Source: Phoronis australis
Taxonomy: Eukaryota > Animalia > Phoronida
Direction: 5' to 3'
NCBI GenBank assembly: GCA_002633005.1
Contig: NMRA01000360.1
Span: 127,065 to 191,064 of the forward strand
DNA: 64,000 nucleotides
Below, one piece after another: positions 12,788 through 25,960 of this stretch. The notes below the pieces were generated by a model, which was not told the DNA's origin, did no database searches, and worked only from the letters and a program-made list of their open reading frames with translations. Numbering within the stretch: position 1 is the first letter of the stretch; every line of letters begins with the position of its first letter. A program made the translations under genes and the position numbers.

Positions 12788-15505
12788 CAAGGAGTGTACC
12801 AGTACAGGAGAGTTCACTCCGCCATTTTACCATTCGCCGCAATGGTTACCGGTCGAAACACTAGCGCTCAAAGCGGTGAATAATCAACACTTACTTAGGA
12901 GCGCAGTCCGAACAATGTAAACACTGATGAATTCGTACTTTAATGACATTCAACGTGCAATAAAATTTCTGTGTGGTTGAAAATGGTTAGAATACGTAAA
13001 CTAACATCCACTTATAATCGAATGAGAATGAAAATGTGTATTTTAATCAATATTAAAGTGTATTAATTTTGTTTTTATTCTCTTGAAGCTCCCTTCAAAA
13101 TCTATCACGGTTTTGTTTCATGTTTGAGTTCTTAACAAGGCAAATTATCTTTCTTTATAAAAGTTCATACCTCCATGGACTACAAAATTGGAATGATTGC
13201 TCCTGGGGGTTCAGAGTGTAATTCCCCCCAGATGACAGCTAAGGGGGTACCAGGCAAAAACCAGGTGGGCGCCAAATGGGTGTTGACCACCTCCCAGGGG
13301 GGTTACATGGGAGGAGTGCTAAACAGGTAAAAACCAATGGGGTATGCCACTTGGGTGTTGAGCCCCTCCCATCGTCACAAATTTTGGTTGCTCCCCTGAC
13401 CATTGACAAACATGTTGCTCCCAGCTCACTGCTGCCGGGTTTCACCTCCACCCAACAATTTCGCATGTGTTCCCTATTCAATGGACCAGGATACTAGCAA
13501 TTGTATGGTGTAGTGGGTGTTACACATGTAAGAAGAAGAAAGCAATTCATCACTACCACAAAATCGTAATTTAATTCTTTGAACATCCCATTATTTCTTA
13601 GACATGCCAGCATAGGGTAAACTCGATCGCACTCTCCCACGCGCGCACCCAGGGGGCTCGAACGAGGCCCCCCATTTGGCGAACTGGGCAAAAAGGTCAG
13701 CCCCCGAGAGATAAAAATTCTGAGAATATGGGACAAAAGTCCACTAAAGAAACGCAAATACGCAATTCACAGTCCGCCCACTCATTTGTTAGCAAAGGGT
13801 CTACATCGTCAGGAATTCGAGCCCCCCCACATTGAGTATATCACCACTCATAACTAGTCCAAGTTAAAAATGTCATGACAAAAAAGTTAAGGGGTACTGA
13901 ACAGCAATCAAAATATTCACTAGTCGCACAACTCCATACAAAACTGAATTAAAAAAGACTTGGATGATAAAACTAAAATTTTATTTTCTATACCCACTGT
14001 TCATATTATCAATAACAGTAAATATTTCAGGTGAGCTAAGGCTAGACCACAAGATCATATTTGTTACCTAGCCACAACTGGGGCTTAAATTAATCACAAT
14101 CTCCAAAAACGTACAAAATTGGCAACACATACATCAACCAATACAACAAGAAAATCTGACCAAGCTTCTCACACTCTATTAATTCACTAGTAAACAACAG
14201 CTCTTTTTACCAAGGAAAGGGGTTGAAGCTGATAACTAATTTACTCACAGAGGTGTTTGTCATTGAGAAGCAAAATGATACGGATAGCTTGGGTTTAACA
14301 AAATGTCAGCCCACCATTCAGACTCTAAAAGATCCATGAGTTTCACTTTGGCTCTCTTCAATCTCTTCAAATCACAGGCTAACCATTCATAAAATGTTTC
14401 AATCTCATCAACCTTAGTAAAATACGAAAACCAGATTTTGACTAATTGTCCTTTCTACACGTGATGTTCCAGTACTTGCTTTGTGAGAAGACAATCAGAA
14501 ATGCAAAAGAGCCTATTCCACTGCTGTAACATAATTTCCTGAGAACTTTTTGACATCTTCATTTTTGGTGGATTCGGGACATCAAATACTGCTCGAGCAC
14601 TGCATTCAATACCAGCCTGTTCTTCATTCATGAACATAGACTCCTCGAAGTGATGAGAGCATAAGTTGCAGTTCTTGGACAAGTAGGTTGCATCTCTATT
14701 CGTAAGGTCGGCTCCCAGTGCTTGCACCTGAACAGAAATCAATGAGAGACTCAGGAACAAACCTCATACTCACCGGGTTCACAGAAGACTGGTAGCCTAC
14801 ACTAAACTACACTACCCTACAGAAGTCCTGTAGTACTGTGATTGTGATAGAGGCAAAAGCGTCTTGGTGTCAACTAAAAAACTAAGACTCAAATGTCGAT
14901 CCACGGATATTTTAAGGGCCGCACAACTTTTCACCGAGACCCACAGATTCTCTAACTTGACTAATGAAAGACTTGAGGCCCTGTGGCTGTGATTGTGCCA
15001 TGGCCGTGTCACCACGATGAATCATATTCACCCATGGCCATGGGTATGTTTTCCTAAAATTATCCCTGCGATCGTTAGAGTGACATTTTGATTTGGAATA
15101 CATGGACTGCAAGTATCCAAAAAGCTGACGATCACATCGTACGTTAATCATAGTCCTTCCGCCGGCTGCCCAGTAGGCCTAGCCTACACTGCAGACAGAC
15201 AGTGGCACCGGGACTGCGATCGACTTGTCTGACAACCGTGAACAGAACACAAAATGAAAGACAATGTATCATATTATTGAATAACAGATAATATTTACAT
15301 TTCCGGATCCTTAAAAATCCTAAAAAATGACACGTCTGGGGTTGTCGTGGATGAATTCATGCAATTTATCGCACTGCAAAATACGTCCTTCCCCATTGTT
15401 TTGGGGCTTCCTGGATGACAGTTGCTTAATCACCACTTGGCGGCGCTAGTAGTAGCGGTAACAGCGAACTCACAAGTGAACTCTCCTATACTATTACACT
15501 CCTTG
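12788..15505 (-). mobile_element. Internally deleted P-element-like transposon with a spliced THAP remnant
   Basis: The 30-bp TIRs are CAAGGAGTGTACCAGTACAGGAGAGTTCAC and GTGAACTCTCCTATACTATTACACTCCTTG. The 7-bp flanks are GTTACAT and CTTACAT. Exon 1 (15396-15299) reads MGKDVFCSAINCMNSSTTTPDVSFFRIFKDPE. Exon 2 from ~14727 reads (R)CKHW, then after a frameshift ADLTNRDATYLSKNCNLCSHHFEESMF (C2CH THAP signature). No catalytic domain is seen. Confidence 0.82.
13637..13830 (-). mobile_element. Truncated copy of the 5-bp-TSD MITE family nested in the P-like element
   Basis: Aligns to the reverse complement of 2850-3084 (GCTCGAACGA...CCCCATTTGGC...AAAAAGGTC). Confidence 0.55.
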
Positions 15506-16618
15506 CTTACATTAATCAGTGCTGAATGTTTATGCTGTAAACTCGATATTGGTTAATGAGTTAAGATTACAATCCAAGCCCAATGGCAAAGGGTACGTGA
15601 CAAATATCCATTAGACTATTTGTTTGCTCCCTATCATATGTCTTCCGGAAATCTATCACACGTTGAAATGGAAATCAATCATGTCTGTATTCTCGTGACC
15701 TTTGGTTTTTAGATTTGAGGGCTTGTACCGTGCAGAGGGGATATGCATCGCTTCTGCACCGTCCCTGAATGGACAAAATTGGTTTTAAGCATCAGACTGC
15801 AGTTAACCAGCAAGATCTTCCCATTCAGTGAAGATCTGTTGTCAAAGCGTACTTTCTATATCGGAGACAACGAACAAAGCCTTTGAAAAGGAACAGCTAT
15901 TTTTAAAGAAAGGTATGTAAGTCGTTTCGTTAATTTACTTATTCAGGTCCTTAACGAGGGATTGGCATAGGGGGTTGGGGTTGTAAAATTTGGTGCAACT
16001 GAATGTGTGGAAATAACAAGTAATACATGTCTGGGGGAAAGAGCATGGTGAGGTAATTCTTAACCTTCATGAAGTTCCTTCTAGTTTATTTCATGAAAGT
16101 GTTTTGCTATCAATTGTAAACCCATAAAAATATATTACATTTTCTGAATTCTCAGTGACTGAATAGTCTTACCTCATGCCTTGAAATGTTGCAAGTCGTT
16201 TCTAAATTCAAATGACTGCCATCGCTTTGTGAAAATTGCATTTTTGATGGTGCCTTACGATTTGTAATTACTCTTAAACAACAGAAAGATTATCCATCAT
16301 TTCTTAAATGACCCAAGTCTTCATATCTTCTATTAGAAGAAAAATAAAAAGTCTGAGAAACTGTTCCCTCAGCCTTAGACTAGAAGTATGCTTGACAGAC
16401 CCATGAATCTGTACTCGGAGTTTAAAATTGCTGAAAGAATCAAAAACAAAAAGGCTTGAAAATGGATAACAAAGGTTTGTAGTTGTCTCAAAAAGCTATG
16501 TGTAGCACTCTCCAACAGACACAATTCACGCCGACAGGAGGCGCGTTCCAAAACGAGGCTCGCTACGATAGCTGTGTTATCTTATCGGCATAGTGGTGTA
16601 GGGCCGCGTTACTTGAAC

Positions 16619-16760
16619 GGCTAGAAAAAATACGGACACTCAACTGTCTGTGGGCTAGAAAAAATACGGACACTCAACTGTCTGTTTTACAATCCCTAAG
16701 GACGTTGAGATTCGGAAGCGTTGGGTCGTTGGCATACGCCGCTACGAAGGAAAATATGTC
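16619..16760 (+). pseudogene. THAP-domain fragment preceded by a 34-bp tandem duplication
   Basis: GGCTAGAAAAAATACGGACACTCAACTGTCTGT occurs twice (16619, 16653), then a frame reading CFTIPKDVEIRKRWVVGIRRYEGKY, matching the THAP FxxPKD...W..IRR segment. Confidence 0.6.
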
Positions 16761-18154
16761 TGTGTAAAATTTATAAAAGTTTTCGAAAAGTTTAGATCAT
16801 ATTTTGTCGCATCTCGGTTGTCAAGCATCGATAGCGAAGACCGGAGAACCTTCGGCCAGACAGGCTCATGAGTACGGGTTGAAACATGATGCATTTTTCC
16901 TTCCAAAAAGGACAGGACCCTCAATTTTGGAGCCGAATATCGGCCCCATTTCCCTCTCAGTCACGCGAAAGTATCCCACGAGGCCTAAAAATTCTACTAT
17001 CGATCCAAAGTACAAATCGCCTGTAACCACACAGGTGACAATTTGAGAGAGCACAAAATGCTCATTTGCACATTTTTAATGCATATCTTTAAGATTTAAT
17101 ATCCAGGTTGGTCTCGAAAGACCGGCCATTTAACTCAGGCAATGTCAACTTTCGTTTTGTTTATCGCAGTGAGCCTCGCTTTGGATTTTAATGTCCGCCG
17201 CGTGAATTAGGTCTAGATGGAGTCACATTGACAACGCGAGCTGCATGTATCTGAGTGGCACGCGCCCGGTCTGTGTGATGTCCATGAGAAATACCTTCTG
17301 CGCAATGACTGGACACCGCATTGACGTCACTGAAACAAATGTTGACTTTAATTAATTTCACAGGTGTTACTGCTGCCATTCATGAAACAGCAGGCATTCT
17401 TTTGGTCATTGTTTGAAATAAAGGTTGTTGGTGTACCTATCTTCAATGTGGTCGCATATTGCCGTCATCTCTGTCTGGGCGTCCGGCGAGGGGGGCGTCA
17501 GGGCGTCCGCAGCTGTATCTTCTAAACCCCTCACAGGATCTTGATGAGATTTGGCAGATGTATTTCCATGAAGCTAACGACGGATGACGACGAATTTCGG
17601 ACCTCTCCGACTACCGTTGTGCCCCCTGGTGGCAATTTTAGTTTTTTACGCTTACCTCTGTATCTTCGGAGGTCCTCAACGGATTTTCATAAAATTTGGC
17701 AGTTAGGCATCTATTAGTGAGATGATGCCATCCTTCCGTTTTCGGACAGATTAGAGGTACTTTGCGCCTCGTAGTAGCCATTTCTACTGTTTTCGAGTCT
17801 GTTTTTAGGCGTCTGTCCTTCTATCAACCATGCCGTACTAGGGATGATTTTGAAAATTGGCATATATGTTGTTACTGTGAAGAGGGCGGCTGACGATGAT
17901 TTTCCAACGACTCGACAACAGTGGTGCCTCCTAGTGGCAGTCTTTTTACGCCCATGGCTGTATCTCCTAAACCCTCTGGATCTTTATTAAATTTAGCAAG
18001 TGTAATTACATGTCTGGATTTGACGACGACGACTTTCGGATGGATCAGACTACCGGTGTGCCTCCTAGTGGCAATTTTAGTTTTATAAATTTACCTCTGT
18101 ATCTTCAAAGGTCGTCAACGGATTTTCATAAAATTTGGCAGCTAGGCATCTATT

Positions 18155-18723
18155 TATTATTATTACATTTATCTATTATAGTGACATAAGGGTGCCAGTA
18201 AATACAATATCAAAGACAGAATATTCACCATACCCCCCAGCCTCAATGGGCTTACTCAGTCACCTAATAATAGTTAAATCATTACATAACATATTGCACA
18301 AACTCAAATATGACCACTTCAGACTAGTTTATAAACAAACAATTACTTCTAACCTGCAAAGCGTTTTGAATGAATTTCGCTAGACCTTTCAAGTTATTTT
18401 GGAATATTTGAGGTAGGGCAGAATCCCGTATAAGTATGGTCGAATGTGAGTATATTTTTCACAATCAAAAATGAAATGAACTTCTCCATAATTTTAAATA
18501 TTAAACTTGACCAATTACAGGAGCTCCGATGTTTAAGGTCCCATAAAAAGACTTTTTTTGCAATTCTGCTTTCATTCATTACAACTAAACGATTCCAGAG
18601 CCTTAGTATATTTTCATGTTGTTTGTAATGTGAATTTGGCCATCTCGAGTCGCCATAAAGTACTGCATTGGCAGCATACTTGTGGACCCCTAAAAATATA
18701 CGTAGTGCTCTCGTTCTGATCAA
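18155..18723 (-). mobile_element. 5'-truncated non-LTR retrotransposon (RTE-X-like 3' end)
   Basis: ORF RALRIFLGVHKYAANAVLYGD...LRLWNRLVVMNESRIAKKVFLWD with a (TAA)n tail at the left end. TSD CTATT (18150-18154, 18724-18728) splits a repeat module that is intact at ~17705. Confidence 0.8.
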
Positions 18724-18825
18724 CTATTAGTGTGCAGACGCTATCCTCCGGTTTTCGGTTTGATTCGTGGTATTTTGCCCACCTAGTGGCCGTTTTTTAC
18801 TGTTTTCGAATCTTTACTTGTTTTT

Positions 18826-21800
18826 TTTTTGTTTGTTCGCACGATACAGGTCGCAATTTTCGTCCGATCATCACGAAATTTACACATAACACGTACTTCT
18901 AGAAGTACTGGAAGCCTATTGTTTTTCGTCAAAATCGGATCCAAGATGGCGGCTGTGGCGGCCATTTGTTTTCATTTAAAGGTTCATTTTTTTGTTTGTT
19001 CGCACGATACAAGTCGCAATTTTCGTCCGATCATCACGAAATTTACACATAACACGTAGTTCCGGAAGTACTGGAAGCCTATTGTTTTTCGTCAAAATCG
19101 GATCCAAGATGGCGGCTGTGGCGACCATTTCGTTTTCATTTTAAGATTCAAAGGCTTCTGGAGGCTACAATTTTTTACGTACAGAGTTGAAAATCGGCAC
19201 AATAAATGGACCGGATGTGCACTACATGTATACTGGAAATTGTTTATTTTCGTTAAAAAATGGCGGAAATATAGGTGATCGCGCATGCGCACCTCGACTT
19301 TGGCATAATAACGTTTTCTTCTGTAGAGGGCGCATTATACGGCCAATTCCTTCGAAATTTTACGGATATTAGTTTTTATATGACATGCTATTATATCAAC
19401 CCAAAAAACCGGAAGTTGCTTTCAAGATGGCGGATCTTGCGCATGTTAACCCATTTTCAGTCGTACTTAGGTGCCATTTAAACGGGAGAAGAAAATGACG
19501 TGAAATTTTGCATGTGGATTTTTTAAAGTATATTCTTTCAAATGGTTTCAAACACTTTTTTCTCAGACTTACCGTTTTTGAGTTATTTGACTTTGAATTT
19601 CTTAAAAAAACGCAAAATTTCATTTTTTTCGAAACATTTACGGAATTAGGCGATACCATCAGTTTAGATAGAATTATGAACGGGCTTTCAGAAGATGTTT
19701 TCCATTATTCGCTAAGACGTCTACTTTTTGAGTTATTTGAGATTTTCTGATAACGCTGTTCCTTTGTTGAGCGCTCTTGCTGCATTGATGTTGGTTTATC
19801 TTCTATTGAACTAGCCTGTAGCCTATTTCTTATTGATTTATGACATCTAAGTTCGTCATATGAATGTTGTGATGTTGTTCATCATCGCCACCACCGTCAT
19901 CATATTCGTCATCATCGTCATCATCTTCGTCATCATCTCCGTCGTTGTCTTTTCCGTTAATTTCGCAAAGTGTCGCTCAAGACTGTAGCCTTTTTCTTAC
20001 TGATTTCGGACTTCTACGTTCATGTTTCTGTTATTTTTACTTCTTTTGTTCATCCTCGACACCATCGTCGTCATATTTGTCATCATCGTCATCATCTTTA
20101 TCGTCATCTTTTTGGTTAATTTCGACAAGTTTCGCTCCTCGGAGCGCTTTTATTTTTGTTTGTTCGCTCTCTACAGGTCGCAATTTTCGTCCGATTTTCA
20201 CGAAATTTGCACACGACGTGTAGATCGGAAAGTACTGGAACGCTTTTGTTTTTGGTCATGATCGGATTCAAAATGGCGGACGTGGCGGCCATTTTGTTTC
20301 CGATTTCACAGTCAAATGCTCGTAGAGGCCGCATTTTTCGACGTACAGGGCTGAAACGTGGTATGATTATTATAAAACACATGTGCTACAGCTGTGCCCA
20401 AAATTGTTGACTTCCAGTCAAATATGGCGGAAATATTGGAAGTGGCGCATGTGCCCCCCGATATCTGGCCAAAAACATTTTCTCCTCTAGAAGGCGCATT
20501 TGCGAACCAATCACTTTCAAACTGGTCACGTGTTTTTTACTATTAATAAGCTTTTATAAACTTTGTTTAACCGGAAGTCACTTTCAAGATGGCGGCTGTG
20601 GCACATGTTCACACGTTTTCAATCGTTCTGCAGTCGCGTTTTTAACGGGAAGAGTAAATGACGCGAATTTTTGCATGTGGATTCCTTGAAGCATGTTCTT
20701 TCAAAAGTTCTCGTATAACGTTTTTCTCAGACTTACCGTTTTCGAGTTATTTGACTTTGAATTTCAAAAAAAACGCAAAATTTCAATTTTTTCGAAAAAG
20801 TTATGGAATGTTGCATAACTATCAAAGTAGGTAGAATTTTGGACGGGCTTTCAGAAGATATTTTCCATTTTTCGCTACAACGTCAACTTTTTGAATTATT
20901 CGAGATTTTCCGATAGCGCTGTTCCTACCCTGTCACATAGCGCCACCTATTTTGGATTGTGGGAACAAAGCATGGCTCATCCTTTGTTTGTTCGCTCTCT
21001 ACAGGTCGCAATTGTCGTCCGATCTTCACCAAATTGGCACACGACGTGTGGATTAGAAAGTCCTGGAAGCCTATTTATTTTGTATTGATCGGATTCAAAA
21101 TGGCGGACGGGGCGGCCATTTTGTTTTCGATTTCACATTCAAATGCTCATGGAGGCCGCATTTTTTGACGTACAGAGCTTAAACTTTATACGATTATTAT
21201 AAAACAAATGTGCTACAACTGTGTCGAAAAACGTTGACTTCCGGTTAAATATGGCGGAAATATTGACGATGGCGCATGCGCACCTAGATATCTGGCCAAA
21301 AACGTTTTCTCCTGTAGAGGGCGCATTGGTGAACCATTCACTTTCAAACTGGTCACGTGTTTCTTGCAATTAATCAGCTTTTATAAAATTTTGTTTAACC
21401 GGAAGTCTCTCTCAAGATGGCGGCTCTGGCGCATTTTCACCTTTTTTCAACCGTTCTGCTGTCGCTTTTTTAACGGGAAGAGCAAATGACGTGAATTTTT
21501 GCATGTGGACTCCTTGAAGTATGTTCTTTCAAAAGTTCTGCGATAACGGTTTTCTCAGACTTACCGTTTTCGAGTTATTTGACATTAAATTTCAAAAAAA
21601 CGCAAAATTTCAATTTTTCCGAAAACTATGGAATGTGACGAAACTATCAATCTAGATAGGGTTTTGAACTGACTTTCAGAAGATATTTTCCATTTTTCGC
21701 TAGGACGTATACTTTTTGAATTATTTGAGATTTTCTGATAGCGCTGTTCCTTTTTTGAGCGCTCTTACTGCATTATGTTGATTTAGTGTATTTGAACAAG

Positions 21801-23310
21801 ACTGTAGCTTATTTCTTCCTAATTTATGACATCTAAGTTCGTCGTATGAATATTATCGTATTGTTCATAATCTCCGCCTTCATTGTCATGATCGTCGTCG
21901 TCGTCCTCCCATCGTCCTGTTTTCGCGTAATTTCGTCAAGTGTCGCTCCTCCGAACGCTCTCGCACTGTTGCCAGTTTACCGGGTGCGTGAACAACACTG
22001 CAGGGTATTTCTTACTGATTAGTTCACTAGTCACATGAATGTTATCGTGTTGTTCATAATCTCCGCCTTCATCGTCATGATCGTCGTCGTCGTCCTGGTT
22101 TCGCGTAATTTCGCCAAGTGTCGCTCCTCCGAGCGCTCTCTTTTTTTTTGTTTGTTCGCACGATACAGGTCGCAATTTTCGTCCAATCATCACGAAATTT
22201 ACACATAACACGTAGTTTTGGAAGTACTAAAAGCCTATAGTTTTTCGTTATAATCAGATCTAAGATGGCGGATGTGGCGGCCATTTTGTTTTCATTTTAT
22301 GATTCAAATGCTTCTGGAGGCTAGTTTTTTACGTACAGGGTTGAAACTCGGCACAATTATTGGACTGGACGTGCGCTACAAGTATACCGTAAATTCTTTA
22401 CTTCCGGTTAAAGGCGGCGGAAATATCGCCAATCGTGCATGCGCACCTCGATTTCGGGAAAAAACGTTTTCTCCTGTAGAGGGCGCATTATAAGACCAGT
22501 TGCTTCGACATTTTCCAGGTGTTAGTTTTTTTAACATGCAATTATTCAGAGCTAAAAACCGGAAGTTGTTTTCAAGATGGCGGATCTGGCGCATGTTGAC
22601 CCATTTTCAGTCGTGCTAGAGTGCCATTTTAAACAGGAAGAGAGAATGACGTGAATTTTTGCATGTGGGTTCTTTGAAGTATGTTCTTTCAAACGATTTG
22701 TAACATTTTTTTCTCAGACTTACGGTTTTTGAGTTATTTGACTTTAAATTTCTTTAAAAAAACGCAAAATTTCATTTGTTTAGAAAAATTGGCGGAATTG
22801 TGTGATACTATCAATTTAGATAGAGTGTTGAATGGGCTTTTAGAAGATGTTTTTCATTTTTCGCTAGGACGTCTACTTTTTGAGATTTTCTGAAACGCTG
22901 TTCCTTTGTTGAGCGCGCTTGCTGCATTGATGTTGGTTTAGCTTCTATTGAACTAGACTGTAGCCTATTTCATATTGATTGATGACATTCTAAGTTCGTC
23001 ATATGAATGTTATGATGTTGTTCATCATTGCCACCACCATCATCATATTCGTCATCTTCGTCATCATCTCCGACGTCGTCTTTTCTTCAGTTAATTTCGC
23101 CAAGTGTCGCTCAAGACTGTAGCCTATTTCTTCGTGATTTCTGACCTCTACGTTCGTCATATGAATATCATAACTTGCATTGTCCATCATCGCCACCATC
23201 GTCGTCATAGCTGTCATCTTCGTCATCATAACTGTCGTCGTCTTTTCTGGTCATCTCTAACGTGGTTTTTTGGTTAATTTTGCCAAGTTTCGCTCCTCGG
23301 AGCGTTTTCA
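18826..23310. repeat. Complex tandem array: ~760-bp core units, most followed by ~400-bp (CAT/CGT)n-rich spacers
   Basis: Unit starts TTTGTTTGTTCGC...ACARGTCGCAATT at ~18828 (truncated), ~18991, ~20155, ~20982 and ~22147. Two subtypes occur in A-B-B-A order. Confidence 0.9.
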
Positions 23311-23871
23311 ATTTATTTGGCGTCTGCCTCTCTGTCAAACCACTCTAAGGATGGTTGTGGAAATTGTCATGTATAAAGATGAAATCGGATGTTGATTTTC
23401 CGATGACTTCATCTACTGTGTCTCTTCTTAGTGGCAGTTTTTTGCGCCTATAGCCTCCTAGGGGCAATTTTGTTATTTCGTTTTCCTCGGCTTCTCATAA
23501 ATTCCTTGACGGATTTTTATGAAATTTCGTAAATAGTTTTGATAACACATACTAGTTTTCAGATGGATTCGACGTATTTTGCGTCTTCTAGTGGCCATTT
23601 TTATGTTCCAAATAAACATCATTAAAGCATACCGTTTGCGGTGCATTCGTGGGCGCATTTCTCTTGTATTATACTGCAGAAAATTTCAAAGTTGACATAA
23701 CTTTATATTACTCGTCATATTCCGGCGATTTCCGTAAAAATACGTCTGAATTCTGACACATTTCATTTCCCATAACCAAGCCTCAAATGGCTTAACCAAT
23801 CAACGTCATCTTTGAGGCTTGTGGACGGGGCTGCATTTTAACCTGGAGTCAGAGTGATTACTAGGTAGAGG

Positions 23872-24000
23872 TCAGTAACGCTCGGACCTACGCTAGGACC
23901 TCGCTAAAATCCAGCCAAAATCACGTGCTCTCATTTGAAATGCACGGCAATATCTCAATTAATCTCGCGAAGTCTTGCTTTTTAGCGAGGTCCTAGCGAA
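23872..24000. mobile_element. Short palindromic MITE (copy 1)
   Basis: CGCTAGGACCTCGCTAAAA ... TTTTAGCGAGGTCCTAGCG, with an inverted copy at 37957-38093. Confidence 0.7.
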
Positions 24001-24977
24001 TCCGAAAAACCCGTCACGTGCTGGAAGTCATTCACTTCTGATGCACGACACAGTGGAATATCACAAACTAAAATTTGTGAAAACGTACTCAATGAGTACT
24101 ACACCTGCATTTCTCATAAGTACACCCTGAGCGATTTCCGCTTTTTCGGAAACAACGATTTCTTCAGGTCGCGGCGAATACGATTTCTCGTGAATCAGAG
24201 CTTTTTCTGAAACTTGATTTAATTTCCTATCCCTTGACGCACCTTGAAATCTCTGAAGTCTCTGAAATGATCTAATAACACGCGGTGAGTTGATTAACCT
24301 GATGTGTGTATTTTTCATTTTATTCCAAAATTAAGCATATATTTACACCTGATCATGAGGCTATTTCAGGACCTTTTTGGCTTAGGTGAACTGCGGGCGT
24401 GAAGTGGGCAATAAAGAAATACCCATTGGATAGTTTTCAGTATACAGAGTTTAGTGTTTATACTTAACAAGTGAACTTTTTTAATATCACCAATCGCTTC
24501 TTGCTCCATTTCCGAAAAAGTGCTTTCTGCTAATGGGCGCTTCCCGGAAATCCGCGACACATTTACATTGTAATTAGTTGTATTTGTTAGCCATTGTTCA
24601 ATACGCTTTTGTGAAATTCATGAAGGTCTCGCTAAAATAATGTCATCGACTGAGGAGGCCACGTATCCTTTCGAAATTCATTTAATCACAAAGCTGGAGA
24701 ATTGAGTCTAGAGTCCTATAATTTGATAAATAAAAAGTAAACAGTTCATTCATAAACGAATTAGCAATACACCAAAAGATACTGAGTGGTTTAAAAAAGG
24801 TTAATATATTACTGTCGCCAACGACAATTTTTGGTCTCAATACAATTGTGAAAGCAACCCTTTGGAAAATAATTGGAAAGCTTTATTGTCTGTTCGTTAG
24901 TTTTAATAAAATCTTAGGTGACAAATGTAAAGAGAAATCAAAAGTTACTGAATTTTTTTATACATCAACGGAATCTT

Positions 24978-25015
<38 letters not shown>

Positions 25016-25960
25016 TTTTTATTATAGTGACAGATGTTCAAATGGATTTAAACAATAAATATGTAACAAAACAGGAACACCCAGCCCTTCACGGGGCTTA
25101 TAAGTCACTTTAGGTACATGAAAAACAAAAAAGAAAAACAAGTGTACACGCATTGCAAGAAGACCAAAAAGAGAACACAGTGATAAGAGTGATCATTTTT
25201 AAATAAAATTTTTCCTTACTTCAAAATTTTTTTTGATAAAAGCTGAAGTTTTTGTGACATCTTTTTGCATTATTGTAATTAATTTACTTTCACAGCTTTG
25301 TGCACGAAATCGTGGATATTTAATCTCAACTTAAGAGTAAAAGGTGTTTCTGGCATCTAAGAAAAAGGGACACTCAAACAGAAAATGTACTTCAGTTTCA
25401 ACCAGACCAGTGTGAGAAAGACAGCAAATTCTATCATCAAGTTCTAGAAAACGAAAACTCCCAAACTCAACCAATAGCTGTAGGGTTCCGGTTCTAATTT
25501 GAGCAAGAATTGACCTACTAGACCGAGTTAAGTCTAACTGCACATAAGGCTCAACTTCAAAAACATTCTTCATCAAAACATAGGTTCTTAACTTTGGTTT
25601 CGAATGGCATTCAACGAACCACCTATTACAAGCCAAATCATGCAAAATATTCTTACAGTGAGAAATTAACTGAACGTAAGTTATGAAAGCAATCTGAAAT
25701 CCCCAATATTTCAAAAATGTTCAAAACTTCAGAAGACTAATTATTGGTACAAGTAGTGTAGTCCCACAATAATATTCGATATGTTAGTCTATCTTCCTCG
25801 AAATTAATAACACGATTGCTCAAAATTTCCGCCTAACACTGGGAAATTCTCACCCCATGTCACCCATAACAGCATGATTAGGAGCGAATTTGTTACCGCC
25901 CAAGAAAAATCGCTTAGTTTTAAACCAAGTAGCAAAATGAGTTTTCAGCAGCGAAATTGA
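24978..25960 (-). mobile_element. RTE-X-like non-LTR retrotransposon 3' remnant with (TAAG)n tail
   Basis: Frames RFFLGGNKFAPNHAVMGDMG and KPKLRTYVLMK...LAQIRTGTLQLLVEFG...ETEVHFLFECPFF (C-terminal CCHC-type finger). On the minus strand the 3' UTR ends in the microsatellite at 24978-25014. Confidence 0.8.

Larger units (their letters stand above)
17425..23668. mobile_element. Large non-coding composite repeat (possibly Helentron/DINE-like non-autonomous element) enclosing a tandem array
   Basis: Flank modules recur at 17510-17800, 17955-18810 and 23318-23600. The start is GGCGTC-rich and the end has a short hairpin (CATACCGTTTGCGGTG) before TCTTGT. The family assignment is inference. Confidence 0.45.

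Noticed and set aside
18783-23229. Numerous 60-92 aa ORFs (MAATAAIL..., MFVRS...)
   Set aside because: They are recurrent products of the tandem array, where AAGATGGCGG supplies the ATG; frames are not conserved between units.
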